The position numbers were made by a program, and so were the translations under genes. The notes under the pieces are model-generated. The model was not told the origin of the DNA. It did no database searches and saw nothing but the letters and a program-made list of their open reading frames with translations. Shown here one piece after another: positions 35,789 through 48,402 of a DNA stretch of 64,000 bases; within the stretch, counting starts at the first letter, position 1, and each line of letters begins with the position of its first letter. The stretch comes from Felis catus. Its lineage: Eukaryota. The DNA is taken from the NCBI RefSeq assembly GCF_018350175.1, contig NC_058368.1:192822001-192886000 (forward strand), given 5' to 3'.

Positions 35789-37360
35789 CATTCACAGACA
35801 CCTCAGTGCAAGAGGTGCTCCAGGAGCAGTGTAGGGAGGGGAAGGGAAAGTGACTCAGGGAGGCCGAATCCCCTGCTCTGGCCCTACCCCCAAGAAATAC
35901 TGAGCACTCCCAGGGCACCCTTTATCCAACATTATTTTAAAAGAAAAGCTTAAAAATGAAATGTCACTGCAACCAGCAGGGAAGAAACTCCTTGCCCTCT
36001 TTGTTGCCTTAGCCCTCGTCTGCTATTACCTTGTACTTCCAGGCATCCTCGTTTCCCCATCTGTTGGGTGGAGAGATAATCCCTACCCTGCCCACCTCAC
36101 TCATTTCACCCCTGCCTGAAAGCCTGAGGTGCACACAAACCTGAGATTCTTGGAACAGAGGGGTCAGACTGGCAGGCCATGGCCAAGACCCAGCGGGCAC
36201 AGATGGCTTTATTTAGCTCACACAATATTTAAAACTCAGGAGAGGCCATATTAAAAAAAAAAAAAAATCCAGAAATCTAACTTTTCTTGAAAAAAACCCA
36301 AAGACCTGGCCTGACTGGACCCGCATTCCCAAGCAACAGCTGGAGCTGAGGAAGGAACAAACCCCTTCCCACTTGCCCACAGCCCCAGCCACAGAACCCT
36401 TCACTCACTTATGTCACAGGCTGGGGCGTGTGGGCGTTCTAGTCTGCTCTCAGATCAGTGAGAAGGGCACTTGGACTTCACCTGGTCCAGACTACCCCTC
36501 ACCAGGACACTGGGTGACAGGCCTGTAAGATGGCCCCCACCTTAAACACTTCTCTTGATGCATGTTCTCATGCACTTCTCATCCATCACCTTGGAGAATG
36601 CTCTTGCTTACACCTTCAAACGGAAGGTCTCTCCCACCCTCAAGCCAGGGTTCCGCTTTCCTTTCATGCTCCCTGCCATTCAAGCCTTTCAGACACAGCC
36701 ACTGGTCCTTCTATGAAAACCTAAATGTCCAGGGTCTTCAGCCCTTCCCTTTAGAAACATTTCCTCATCCCTTGGCATTCCAGCACTTTCCTCTGAGCAT
36801 GTTCCACTTTATCTCTGCCACATGTGGAGCTGGTGGATCCTTCCTCCCCATTTTGTCCTACTAAGCAGGTCAAATTAATTATGAACACATGTTCCTACAT
36901 GGTTTCTCTCTGGCAAGCTCTAAAGAGAGGCAGCATCACCGAGTACTATAAGCAATGGTAAATATGTTCTGTCGGGTTTAGTCTCAACATCCTCATATGG
37001 ATAAAAATAGACCTCGTGGCATCAGGCAGGATAATTCATACTCTCTACAAATCATTTCTGAACCAGAAAAATGAAACATCAGGGATTTCCAACATTGCAA
37101 AAAATTACATAAGTCTTGGAGTGAAAGTAATTGTTTTGAATTTTAAAAATAAGTACCCCATATTCTGAGGTTGCATACTTTTTATGGAAAGGAAATGAAA
37201 AAATATGCCAAAATTCCCTAGTTCAGACCTCAGGGCAGAACAAAGACAAAAACAAAAATTCTCTCTCCTGTGCTTCCTGTGGCTTTCTTGAAGATCAACA
37301 TTTCAGGAGTAGAAAAAGCACTGGGCCTTTATTTTCTTTCTTTTTTATGTCTTAGAGAAG

Positions 37361-37391
37361 TGTGTGTATGTGTGTGCGTGTATGCATGTGA

Positions 37392-37446
<55 letters not shown>
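37361..37446. repeat. Imperfect (TG)n followed by (GA)n microsatellite
   Basis: Read directly from the sequence. Confidence 0.95.
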
Positions 37447-37448
<2 letters not shown>

Positions 37449-37728
37449 AGATCTACAGAAATCACTTACTATATCTGTCTCTGGATCTAGCTTTCCTGTT
37501 TTGTAAAATGCCAGGCTTGAAGGAGATCACTGAGAGGTCCTCAAATCTGCATGAGAACCACTTGGGTGTGCACTTGCAGATTCCCTGGCAGACCCGCAGA
37601 AATTCTGCATCCTGGAGGGTGGGATGAGGCCAGGAAGCTGGTGTCTGACAAGTGCCCAGGCGACTCTGATCCCCCCCAGGCTTCTCATCTAACGATAACA
37701 TCCCAAGCCATTTCTCCATCCCATTATT

Positions 37729-37942
37729 CTTTTTTTTTTCAACGTTTATTTATTTTTGGGACAGAGAGAGACAGAGCATGAACGGGGGAGGGGCAGAGAG
37801 AGAGGGAAACACAGAATCGGAAACAGGCTCCAGGCTCTGAGCCATCAGCCCAGAGCCTGACGCGGGGCTCGAACTCCCGGACCGCGAGATCGTGACCTGG
37901 CTGAAGTCGGACGTTTAACCGACTGCGCCACCCAGGCGCCCC
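37729..37942 (-). mobile_element. Young felid Can-SINE
   Basis: CpG-rich, young-type diagnostic bases. Perfect TSD tccatcccattatt at 37715-37728 and 37943-37956. Confidence 0.97.
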
Positions 37943-38129
37943 TCCATCCCATTATTTGGCACGCACTCTGTGGCAGGAGGTGTGCTAGGGCCATGGGGGT
38001 ATGACGGTAAACCAGTCACACAGGCCTGGGTCTCAAGGAGCTCATGCAGGGATGGGGGTGGTAGACAAGGAGAGGTTTCCACGGAAATGGATGTGGGTCC
38101 TGGGATGTGGCTGGGGCCATAACACCCAT

Positions 38130-38520
38130 AAATGCACAGGCTGCCATGGGAACCCACCCAGACTGAGGAAGGCAGGGTGGTCAGGGAAGGTTTACTGGGG
38201 GAGGTGATGTCTCAGCAGAGCCTTCAGTAGCATGTAGAGGACCTGGCTTTGGAAAGCCCAAACTGGTAGCATGCTCAAGGCCTGAGAACCAGAGCCAGAG
38301 TGGATGGGCTCTGGCTTAGACCCGAGGGGACTGGAGGGAGAGCCGGAAATGGACACTGGAGAAGGTGGCAGGGGCCAGGTCATAAGGGCCCAAACAGCGA
38401 CACCAAGAATTCTGGATTTTAGCCTCAAGGCTACAGGCAGCCATGGAAGGGTTCTAAGCAGGAAAGGAACATGATCAGACTTGTGTTTTAGAAAGATCAC
38501 CTGGGCTGCTGTGTCAAGAA
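38130..38520 (-). mobile_element. L2 fragment
   Basis: gccatggaagggttctaagcagg..acatgatcagacttgtgttttagaaagatcac. Confidence 0.85.
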
Positions 38521-38904
38521 TACGCTGCAAGAAGAAAGCAGGAAGAAGGAAGCAGAGTCTGGAATAAACAAGGCTTCTTTCTTGGCTGTGAAGGCTCAGG
38601 GCTAGAAGTGGTCAGTGTAGTGAATGTCAGAACAGCTGGAGACCCCAATTCCCAGGGAAAAGCTGAGGCTTTTGACTTCTTATCCCAGGTCCCACTTGTA
38701 TGATCACTTTTCCTCACGGGAGGAACCCACACTCCACCCACATACCCACCTGCCTAATTCTGTCTGGGCTGCTTGCTTCTCTCACACTCAGAAAGGGAGA
38801 CGGAACCTGCCAGCTGGTCTTAAGGTATCAAGGAACAAGAGGAAGAAATGGCTCTGAAGAGAAACATCCCTCATGCTTGCCCCTTGGGAATACACATACG
38901 CTCT

Positions 38905-39110
38905 TAGTAATAATTTACCTGTGGCCAGCACACTACAGTTTTCAACACTTTTGATCCCCACACCTTGCTGCGGGGGCTCCCAGCACTCCTGGGAAATAGG
39001 CACTCCCATTGCAGAGAACAGGCAACTGAGGCCCACAGGGCTTGTGCACCTGGTGCAAGGGTGCAGAGACAGTGGGAAACGGAGCAGAGGCTAGGAATTC
39101 ATTCCACGGC
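38905..39110 (-). mobile_element. MIR
   Basis: cccattgcagaga..aactgaggcccacagg. Confidence 0.65.
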
Positions 39111-39921
39111 TCTTTACTGCTATTGATCCCTGAGCCCATGGGGCCTGTAATTAATTAAAATGTCTCTCCTCAACAGTGGAGACCACAAGCTGGAGAATTC
39201 GATGAAAACGATCTACCCAGGGTGGAAGTGTTTCATCTTGAAGTCCCCGGAGGGCTTCTGAAATGAGGGGACTACGAGGTGGGGAGGGGAAGATGCCGCA
39301 AGCCTGTGAGGAAATGTCATCTGGGCTGAAAATGCCCACGCCGAGAAGGCTGGCGCTGCGCAGCTCTTGGGCAGTGGGAGTAACCCTGCTCCTGATGGAA
39401 CAGGGGATGGCGGTTGGGGTGCTGGGGTGTGGAAGGGAGCCAGGAGGAGGGGGTGGGGCAAACCACATAGAGTGCTCCTTTTCCTCTTCCCCACTCCCGA
39501 CATGTCCATCTGGGGCCCGTCAGGTCAGTTAAACCGCCCAGCTTACTTGCAGAAGGGAAACCAGCCTCTAGACACTACTTATCACCAAAGAATTAACAGC
39601 TATTTTTAAGCCCTAACAAAGTGACAGTCTCACAATGAATCTCCAGCAGTTGGTGTATGCGGTTGGTGACCATTCTCTCCGTTTCCCACGTGGGAAAACG
39701 AAGGCCCAAGACGGTTAAGTTTCACACAACGATGACAAGTGACACAGTGATTCAAATCTAGGCCTTTCTGACTGCTGAGCCTGTTTTGCTTGAGGCGGGG
39801 CTGGTGTTTGAGGGAGAGGCTGCTTCCCCAGATTTATTTTGAATACAGGGAAAGGAGGGATGTGCTCGCTCTGTGTGTATGTGTAGGACCCTTCCCTGAT
39901 TTTACTGCACTTAGAAGGTAA

Positions 39922-40145
39922 GGGGCGCCTGGGCGGTTCAGTAGGCTAAGCGTCCAACTCTTGAGTTCAGCTCAGGTCATGATCTCATGGTTTGTGAATT
40001 TAAGTCCCGCTGATGGGCTCCGTGCTGACAGCATGGAACCTGCTTAGGAGTCTCTCTCTCCCCCTCTCTCTCCGCCCTTCCCCAGCTGGTGTGCTCTCAC
40101 TCTCTCTGCCCCTCAATAAAGAAATAAATAAAACTTTAAAAAAAA
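39922..40145 (+). mobile_element. Older Can-SINE
   Basis: Head ggggcgcctgggcggttcag..cttgagttcagctcaggtcatgatc. The tail grades into (GAA)(GGA)n. Confidence 0.94.
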
Positions 40146-40185
40146 GAAGAAGAAGGAGGAGGAGGAGGAGGAGGAGGAGGAGGAA
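40146..40185. repeat. (GAA)3(GGA)n microsatellite
   Basis: Read directly from the sequence. Confidence 0.95.
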
Positions 40186-42164
40186 GGGACAGTGGCACGG
40201 CAAGCTGGGACTCCCTCCATCTCCTTTACTACCTGCCTTCTTGGGATGAGAGAGAAGGGAACATAGCAGCAGACAGGGCTGGGGCAGTGCACAGACACCA
40301 GTTCCACTGGGAAGAGGCAGCAGAACCTCGGATTCCCATGGCAACAAGCACTCCACGACCAGCACTGCCCCCCTGCCCTTACAACACACTCTGTGAGCAG
40401 GGAAGGTGGGGTGATACCCTCATTTTCCACAAAGGACAGGGTTCTAACCAAATCTTGGGATCCATCAGCATCGAGAACTTCAGGCTGAAGCCACTGTGGT
40501 TCACAAAAAAGGGGAACAACAGGAGTGGGGTCACAGAGCTCTGCCAGACAGACTGAGAGGCAGAAAAGACATCCAGTGAGTGAACAGGAAGGAAATGGGG
40601 GCTGCTTGGCTTCAAGGAGGCTTAGGGGTGAGGGGTGATCTCTGTATCATTCTAGGTGTTCCACAGCGCTGGACTGATTTTTATGGGCACATTGCCCAAG
40701 AGGCCTCTGAGCACATGGGGGAAAAAATGGGACAGGGGGTAAAATGTTATGGGCTTATAATAAAAGCATGACCATCTGGGATTGGGCAGAAGAAGAATTT
40801 CTCACTCATGAGCACAGGTCATGGTTCAACAAAATCTAGAAGTGAAAAATCTGCCAGGGTCCACTCAATAGTAAAAAGCAGGTGCTCAGCCATAAACATG
40901 AAAATAAAAATAGAGTTGCCAGTAGGCCTTCTTCTATGCAAATATCATGTTACCTAAATGACCTGGGGCATACTTTAAGAGGTAAGCAATGGTGGACTAG
41001 AAGAGGGTCCCAAATACTCTAACGGATGTGTTCTGTGAAAGGGTGGTAGGTTTTCAGTGAGTGAAGCCTTTTATTAACTCAGTTGCATTTTGTTATTATA
41101 CATTTTAACTTTTCAAACCAATAATATGTCCTTAATGTAAAGTCAACCAATGAGGACAATGTGGTTTTCTGATCAACATAATCTGACCTCAGGAGTGAGA
41201 GACAAGAGCTTACAGCTTACATCTGCCTCAAAGTACCGTTTCTCTCTTTTGCTTTAGTTACTCAATGCTGAGAAAACTTTTTTGATATAATAAATAGCAG
41301 ATACATTTGATGAATAAGTAGATGTATTTTTTTTTTTTTTAACACAGCCTGCCCTATAATTTCAGGATTCTCTTCAATTAAACAGATGCTGGAAGAATAA
41401 ACTGGTGACCTCCGACATGTAAAAATGTAGTACATAATACATGTAAATGATTTAAAAACATGTTTTCTATTATTGTAGTTTAGAAAGAGTCAACACAAGG
41501 TGAAACCACGTTTACAGAATCCCTGAAGACCTCCAGAGACAGTCTGTAAAGTGTTCACCGGGATGGTGTCTGAGGTCTTTCCAGCCCCAGCTTCGGCCTC
41601 CTCACCATTACATCTTGCACGGGGAGGAATGAAAACCCCAGGGGCAGGAGCAGGCGTAAAGTAAACAGGCTTTCCACCAAGTGCTGACCCCGGGCTTCCC
41701 CTTTCAGAAGGGGAAGTGAGGAGAAGAAGAAGAGAAGGAAACAATTGCGGCCAGACTGTACCTTCTGAGATAAATCCGTATCTACCTATAGCTAAAACAA
41801 AACAAAACAAAACAACCACACCAGTTGAAAAAGAGAAAGGCATTCAGGCACACAGAACTAAGAGGGCCCTGCCAGGTGGTCTTCCTGCTCTGGGGCTGCA
41901 GGCTCAGTCCTGATAACTCAGGAGCTTCTGGTACGGAGAATACCAGATCCCCCAAACAAGCAACTCAAATACTTTGGAGACTGGCTGACATACCTCCAGC
42001 CACAAAGTGTACAGACAGCAGATCTGCGTAACGCATGCCACGGCATGCTTACTCATTTTTAACCACGACATTATTCTTTTGCTGTCTATCTTAGGGAAAA
42101 GAAAATCACTGGCATGTCCTATAGCTTGAAGAACAAAACTGGGATGATTGGGAGAAAGAAGAGG

Positions 42165-42285
42165 GAGAAGTGGTGACCTCCCCATCCCTGGAGCTATTCA
42201 AGCCAAAGGCTGCCACAGAGGGGGTTCCTCCCCCACGGTGAGACGGCATACTAAAGGATTCCTAAGATTCCCTTCCAACTCAAAC
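42165..42285 (+). mobile_element. L3/CR1 3' fragment
   Basis: gtgacctccccatccctggagctattcaagc..ctaagattcccttccaactc. Confidence 0.65.
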
Positions 42286-42409
42286 TGCGTCTAAAAATAA
42301 AAGCAACCCTTGTAAAACTTATATTTAAAAACCCGTACAAGTTATACATGTGCGCAATCATATCTCAGTACCAATAACGGTATAATGGCATTTACAAAAC
42401 CACTTTTCC

Positions 42410-42555
42410 CGCACAGATTTTCTCAGATAATCATCGCCACAGCCCTGCAACGCAGCTATTACTGTCATTATCCCCATTTTAAAGGTGGGACCAGGCTCTG
42501 AGTTTAAGCAATTGTTCTGAGGTCAGACAGCTAGAGAGCTGACAGCTCCAGGCTT
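42410..42555 (-). mobile_element. MIR
   Basis: attatccccattttaaag, gaggtcagacagctag. Confidence 0.7.
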
Positions 42556-42568
42556 CTCTCTGACATTT

Positions 42569-42610
42569 CTCCTCCTCCTCCTCCTCCTCCTCCTCCTCCT
42601 CCTCCTCCTC
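42569..42610. repeat. (CCT)n microsatellite, ~14 units
   Basis: Read directly from the sequence. Confidence 0.95.
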
Positions 42611-42812
42611 TTCCCTCAACCTCTCCTCTTTCTGTCTTCTGGTAAGTACAGTCTAACAATGGGAAAATGGAGGAGAGACACTGAGAGCGAGCCTCTTATA
42701 CAGATAACTGACTGAACCCCCTCCCATCACTTTGCGCCACCAGAGGATCCAGGGAGGGCTTACTCATAACCTCCTTGGGTAATGAATATACAGAGATGTG
42801 CAATAATTTTGC

Positions 42813-42837
42813 AAAAAAAAAAAAAAAAAAAAAAAAA
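42813..42837 (+). repeat. A25 homopolymer
   Basis: Read directly from the sequence. Confidence 0.95.
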
Positions 42838-43869
42838 GGCTCATGCATATCCGAATTTTAACAAGAGAAAATTAGTCCCCTTTTTTAAGTTTAAAAAAGG
42901 AAGTGTTTTAGTCTAAAGTGAGGAAATGAAGGGAGGAAGATTTTTTTTCTTTTTCGAAGTGGGTTCTGTCATTCCCACGGGTGGTGAGTGAGCACACACT
43001 GCCTCTGAGATCACAGTGAATGAAACATTCGGATGAATTCCATAATGAACTGGCGCAGTCGACAAATGCCCATTCATTAAAAGAAGAAAAAAAGATTAAT
43101 TTCAAAAGATAAGTCCCCCAAGTTGGTTATGGGGTTTGAATTTTCAAAAAGAGCACCACCTGGTCCTTGATTTTGTTTAGAGGCTGATTTGATCCTCAGA
43201 ATTCAAATCGAAACTGATTTTGCTCAAAAATGTTTTAGTAAAGAGGGTGTGGGTAGAAGAAGTGACTCCCATCACACGGCCTTTCAGTATACCAATTGCT
43301 TAAAGAAGCCACAATTTCTCAAATGGTTGGAAGGGAATGAAGAGGCCCAGAGCCTTGCACCAGAGTTTCACGGTTTTCAAAACACACTTTCTCCATCTTC
43401 TTTCTGACGGACAACCCTGGAGGGAAGGCCCTTGGAGCCCAGAAAGGTTTAATAGTTGGCTCAAGGGCCCACGGCACAGACTTATATCCTAACTGGCATT
43501 CAGTCCGGTGCTCCTCGCCTCTCAACGGGGAAAGCACTTCCAAAGAAAGTTGCCAACTCACGTTCAGCTTCCTAAAACCCAGCTTGGCCACCGTCTGGGC
43601 CTGTGCAGAGGAGGGATTGGGCAGGTGTCCCCCGAAGCATCCACATCTTCATGGAAGAAAGCAGACACTGGAAATGGCAGAATCAGTCACTAAAGACGCA
43701 CTGCATGTTCAGCCTGGACAAGTTCTTTGTCCTTGCAAATTTGTAAACCCTGCACATGAAGAGGGCGGCTGTAGTTACCACATGCTTCTCCCATTTCAAC
43801 CCTTTATAACAAACTAACGCAAAGAACTTGAGGGGACAGCACAGCTGTGTGTTTGACTGTGAGCTGATA

Positions 43870-44030
43870 ACAGCAGCAGTAGTTAATGCTTACCACACGC
43901 CAGGCACTACACTGGGAACATTAAGCAGTTTTATATGCATGTTACAGAGGAGGTAACGGACACGCAGAGAGGTTAAAGTCTGTTACTCAGGACTCTAAAG
44001 CTCTGAAAGTACAGAAGCTGGAATTTAAAC
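43870..44030 (-). mobile_element. MIR
   Basis: ccaggcact, tacagaggaggtaac..cagagaggttaa, gctggaatttaaacc. Confidence 0.7.
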
Positions 44031-44044
44031 CTACAGGGACCTGT

Positions 44045-44210
44045 GGTCTTAAGCCCTCTGCCACTTACTAGCTGTAGGATCTTACATAAGTCACTTAATT
44101 TCTCTAAACTTTACTTGCGTAATCTGTAAAATGGGGATAATAATAGCAATCCCACAGGGCAATTCAAAGCATAAATGAGATTACAGAAATGAAGCACTTG
44201 GCACCAGGGC
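44045..44210 (+). mobile_element. MIR
   Basis: ctctgccacttactagctgt, atctgtaaaatggggataataatag. Confidence 0.9.
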
Positions 44211-44598
44211 TGTCCTACTGCACGATTCCAAGGAATGCTACTCACAAATGGAGATGCGCCACGAGGCGGTCCCCCTTGGCACAGCGCCCACCGTGGTGAA
44301 AATGCTCAAGTGCTACCATCAGTATTCATTATCATTGTATGACAGTGCCATGATCAGGGTCAAGAGCCAAAGTAGGAGCTGCTCATCTGCGAAGGCCCAG
44401 CTCAGGCGTTCCAAAGAGCTCCCTTGGGTTACCCATTCGGACTTAGCTTGCCACGGAGTATCTTGGTTCTCATGACCAATTTCCGAGCATGTCTCACCTC
44501 CCCAAGCAGATGTGAACTTCTGGAGGGCAGACGGTGGTCCATGCCTTGGATCCCCTGAACCACCTCTAGTGCCCAGCACGCGGTAGGCCCTCAGGAGC

Positions 44599-45103
44599 TG
44601 TGGTGGTTTTAAAATGTGCCCAAGTTCTTTCACACTCCTCCCTTCAAGAGGTGGGGTCTGCTAAACTTAGTGACTCACATCCAACTAACAGAGCAAAGCA
44701 TACACGACAACGTGCAACTTCTGAGACTAGGTCACACAAGGAACTGTGACTTCCTGCTTGCTCTCACTCTCAGATCACTCGTTCTGGGGTAAGCTAGCTG
44801 CCACGCAGTAATGACACTCAAGCTTCCTTACAGAGAGGTCCAGGCGTTGAGAAATTGAGGCCTCCTGCAACAGCCATGAGAGTGAGCCTTCTTGAAAGCA
44901 GATCCCCTAGCCCCAGTCAAGACCTCAGATGACTCCAGAGCTGGCCAACATCTTGACTGTAATCTCATGAGAGACCCACCATGAGCCAGAGCCACCCAGC
45001 TGAGCCTAGATTCCTGACCCACAGAAACCACACGGTAATAAACATTGTGTTAAGCTACCACATTTTGGGATAATCCGCTATACAGCCACATATAACCCAT
45101 ACA
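44599..45103 (+). mobile_element. MLT1F-like MaLR solo LTR, full length
   Basis: TG...CA termini, near-TSD ggagc/ggaac, agccccagtcaag, attcctgacccacagaaac. Confidence 0.88.
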
Positions 45104-45559
45104 GGAACCATGTGGTGGGCTTAACAACAAACAGACAACAGGAAAGTTGTAGTTTTCAGGTAGGAGGAGTAATCCTCATACTTGGATGAGAGCTTCCCTA
45201 TTATTAAACTAAAAGAGAAATCAGACGGAAGACCCAAGATGGGCTGGCTTCACCCACTCAGGCTTTGGCTCAGTAATCACCATAGGGAAGAGGAGAGGGA
45301 ATGTGGAGTACTCAGGCTAAGGCTGGCCGTACAGCTCAGTGCTTCACCCCCTCAAAACACACAGGCCTGCGGCCCAGATGAGGGACCCAGCTCCAGCCAA
45401 TCCTTCCCCACCCCCAGCTGATCCCTCCCCAACCCCAGGGCCATGCTCCAGCCACACAGCCCCCTCAGAGCTCCCCAGAGTGACCAAGCCCTTCGGAGAG
45501 CACTCCTCCTAGCATCCCTTTTCCCTTTTGTTCATTTGTTTCTATTCACTGAATTCTTT

Positions 45560-45920
45560 ACAATATCTTATTGTGAAGTAACTTTGAACTCAGAGAAAAG
45601 ATACAAGAACAGCATGATGAACTCCTATATATCTTTCATCCATGTTTGTTGTTACATGTTTCATCATTCTCTCTCGAAGCTATCTAAACTTCAATTTTTT
45701 TTTTTTTTTGTCCTGAAACATTTGAGAGAAAGGTGAAGGCATATAACCCCTTACTCCTAAATTCTTTAGCATGTATTTCCTAAAATAAGGATACCAAAGT
45801 CAGGAAATTTAACACTGATACAATACTAACAGCTCATCTACAGTTCCTAAGTTTCCGTAATGTCCTTTATAGCTAATTCTTTTTGGCCTGGTTTGGGATC
45901 TAATCCAAGACTGTCCATTC
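45560..45920 (-). mobile_element. L1MC4/5-like 3' fragment
   Basis: agcatgtatttcctaa, caggaaatttaacactgatacaatacta. Confidence 0.75.
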
Positions 45921-45929
45921 ATTTTCTCC

Positions 45930-46220
45930 TTCATCAAATATGTTGCATGTCAGGCATTGTGTAAAGCACTGGGGATAAAATAACGAGGGGGAAAAACAGA
46001 CATAGCCACCAACCTCATGGCACTCACCGTTTCAGAGGGTGACACAGTAATCAACTAATCACACTAATTACAAGTTTGTGTGATCACAAACTAAGATGTG
46101 TGTTAAAGAAAAAAGGCCTGAACCAGGATGAGGGCTGGGGGGTGGGGGGAAAGATGGTCAGAAGGCTATCCTGAGGTTAAGACACCTGAGCTGAGATCCG
46201 AAGCGTGAGGCGGTGTTAGC
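45930..46220 (-). mobile_element. L2 3' end
   Basis: tgtcaggcattgtgtaaagcactggggata, cctgagctgagatccgaa. Confidence 0.75.
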
Positions 46221-46469
46221 CGAGCCATTTGTGCATGTGTGTGTGCATGTGCATGTGTGTTGGTGTGGCGGGGAGACTGGAAGAACACTCCAGGTAACAA
46301 GATGGCTTGTTCAAGGTCAGTATGAATGGAGGGCAGGGGTGGCAGGGAGGGGAGTGTTGGGAGGGGGCCTGGAGTGAAGTTTAGTCTTTACCTTAGCCAG
46401 TGGCATAATGGACATTTTCCAAAAGACCCCTCTGGCTGCTGTGTAGAGAAAGGTAATGAAAACACATGA

Positions 46470-46744
46470 CACAACCATCCCTTAGCCTCGATTTCAGGAT
46501 CAAAAGCTTTTTCTGTAACTTTTTTTTTTTTTTTTATAACTCATTTGGTGACAAAACCTGGCCTGAATGGACACGAAGCTACTTATGCTCTTTATCCACT
46601 TAGCATGAATATTCTTACATTTTTGCCACAGGAAAAAAAAAAATAGTATGTTCTGGTTATGGAGAGCTACCCATAGACCCCAATGGGGCTATTACATAAT
46701 ATAATATATGCACTGCATCAACTTCCCTAAATCAGAAAGATTCT
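46470..46744 (-). mobile_element. Tigger-type MITE (MER46C-like), left part
   Basis: aactcatttggtgacaaaacctg, ccacttagcatgaatattc, ctaaatcagaaagattct. The remainder lies at ~48105-48165 and ends agggattctggacct. Confidence 0.6.
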
Positions 46745-48104
46745 TGTGCCCCTGACCAGTTTATTGCCTCCCAACCACAAATGCACCTTCCCTGTCTGCT
46801 GTGCAAAAATAGATCTGGGCCCTTTAAACATTTTCTCCCTCGCTAGACAACATGATGTTAATAGTAATCACAGCGACAGGTCGAAGATGCTAGAGAGACA
46901 CTGTGGGAGGAAAGGGTTTTCCTGTATGTTTTCTATCCTGGTTCTGGTACATGTGCCAGGCAGGCAGCACAGATGACTTTGTTACCTGCTGGACCCCGAC
47001 ACCTGACCTTTACTGCTCACCTGCTTGGACCCACCAACCTCTGTCCTACACTTTTCCTTACGCTCTTTTTTGCAGCTTCTCTCTTAATTCAGGCAAAAGA
47101 CCCAAGAGGCATAGCACCCGGTGATGGAAACCAAAGCCACCTCTCAAGCAATGACAACTGCCCGGACGAAGGGCTCTGGAGGCCCAGACCACACAGAACA
47201 GTTTGAGCCTAACCTCTGACCTGTACCTGTACAGACGGACCGCGGAGTGACCCATGCAGCTCCCTTGACACTAAAATCTCCGCCCAAGGAGGAGCACAAG
47301 ACGCACTTACATAGCGTACAACGTACATATAGGCATGACCTTACGTTCGCCTCTACATAACGATGAAAAGTCATCCTAACCTTGAGTGAAAGCAACCCAT
47401 TCACCCTTGTCTGGGGGCTCACGGCTTTGGAAGTTATTCCCCGTGATCTCCTTATTTGCTGCAAATAAAGTTTCTTTTGTGTGACCACGCCACCTGGTCT
47501 AGTTTCTGTCTGTGACTCACCGAGGAGCGAACTCACGTAAGCCTGATGACCACGTCTCTGGCACAGGGCCAGCCAGAGCCGCAAACACAACGTTTCTATC
47601 GTCCGGCCACAGTGTGCAACGGCACCAAGCCGCCAGCAGCCTCCCCGTGTTACCCACTCCCGTGGTATTGTAGCCGACTGCCTTCTGGGAGGCGCCTCAC
47701 CACGGACAGCTGTCCCCGGCACCCGTCACTGGCGTGGCACCACGCTGCTTCTCTACCATTCGCGAAGCACAGCTGTGCCCTCCCCAACGAAGCCAAGATC
47801 TCTGTCTGGGGGCCTCTTCCACGAGTGCTCCATCTCAGCCCCAGGAGGGAGGATCTTCCTTTCGAATTCCATCACAACCGGGATGGGGGTGCTCCTTGGT
47901 GCTCTACCTGAGCCCTAGGGGGAGCCACTGCTCCTACATCTGCTATCCCCACATTCTTTAAGCTATATTTAGAGCACTCGTTACTTCATAGCAGTCAATC
48001 CTTCATTACTGCAATCTCTTGTCAGGGTTCATAATTCTTTATATTAAGCTTTCAGTGTTTAGATAACTGGGCGGTTTCTCTCACCTGATTGAACCCTGAC
48101 TAAC
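46745..48104 (+). mobile_element. LTR41-like ERVL solo LTR, interrupted
   Basis: Start tgtgcc..tttattgcctc..gatctgggccctttaaa; end cctgattgaaccctgactaaca. Confidence 0.7.
46980..47552 (+). mobile_element. Younger, probably carnivore-specific ERV solo LTR nested in the LTR41-like element
   Basis: TG(ttacc)...CA ends, AATAAA at 47464, GT/T-rich U5-like segment, higher CpG retention than the flanks. Family not assigned. Confidence 0.65.
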
Positions 48105-48169
48105 ATCATCCTGAAACCTAAAATGTGCCTTGTACAGAGGGTTTAGGCTGAGGGATTCTGGACCTAAAG

Positions 48170-48385
48170 TAATAAGAGCATCTATGGAGCACTTCTTGTA
48201 TGCCAAAGCACTATCCTGACTGCTTTGTGGACGTGAACTAATTTAATCCTGATGGCTATCTGTTGAGGCAGATACTACTACCGTGCTCATTTTAAAACAG
48301 AGGACACAAAGAGATTCAGTAACTCCCAACGTCACACAGCTAGTAAAGGGCAGAGCTGGGATTCAAATCCAGGCAAGCCTGTGGC
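48170..48385 (-). mobile_element. MIR
   Basis: gtcacacagctagtaaagggcagagctgggattcaaatccaggca. Confidence 0.9.
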
Positions 48386-48402
48386 TTTACAAGGCTGGAA
48401 GT

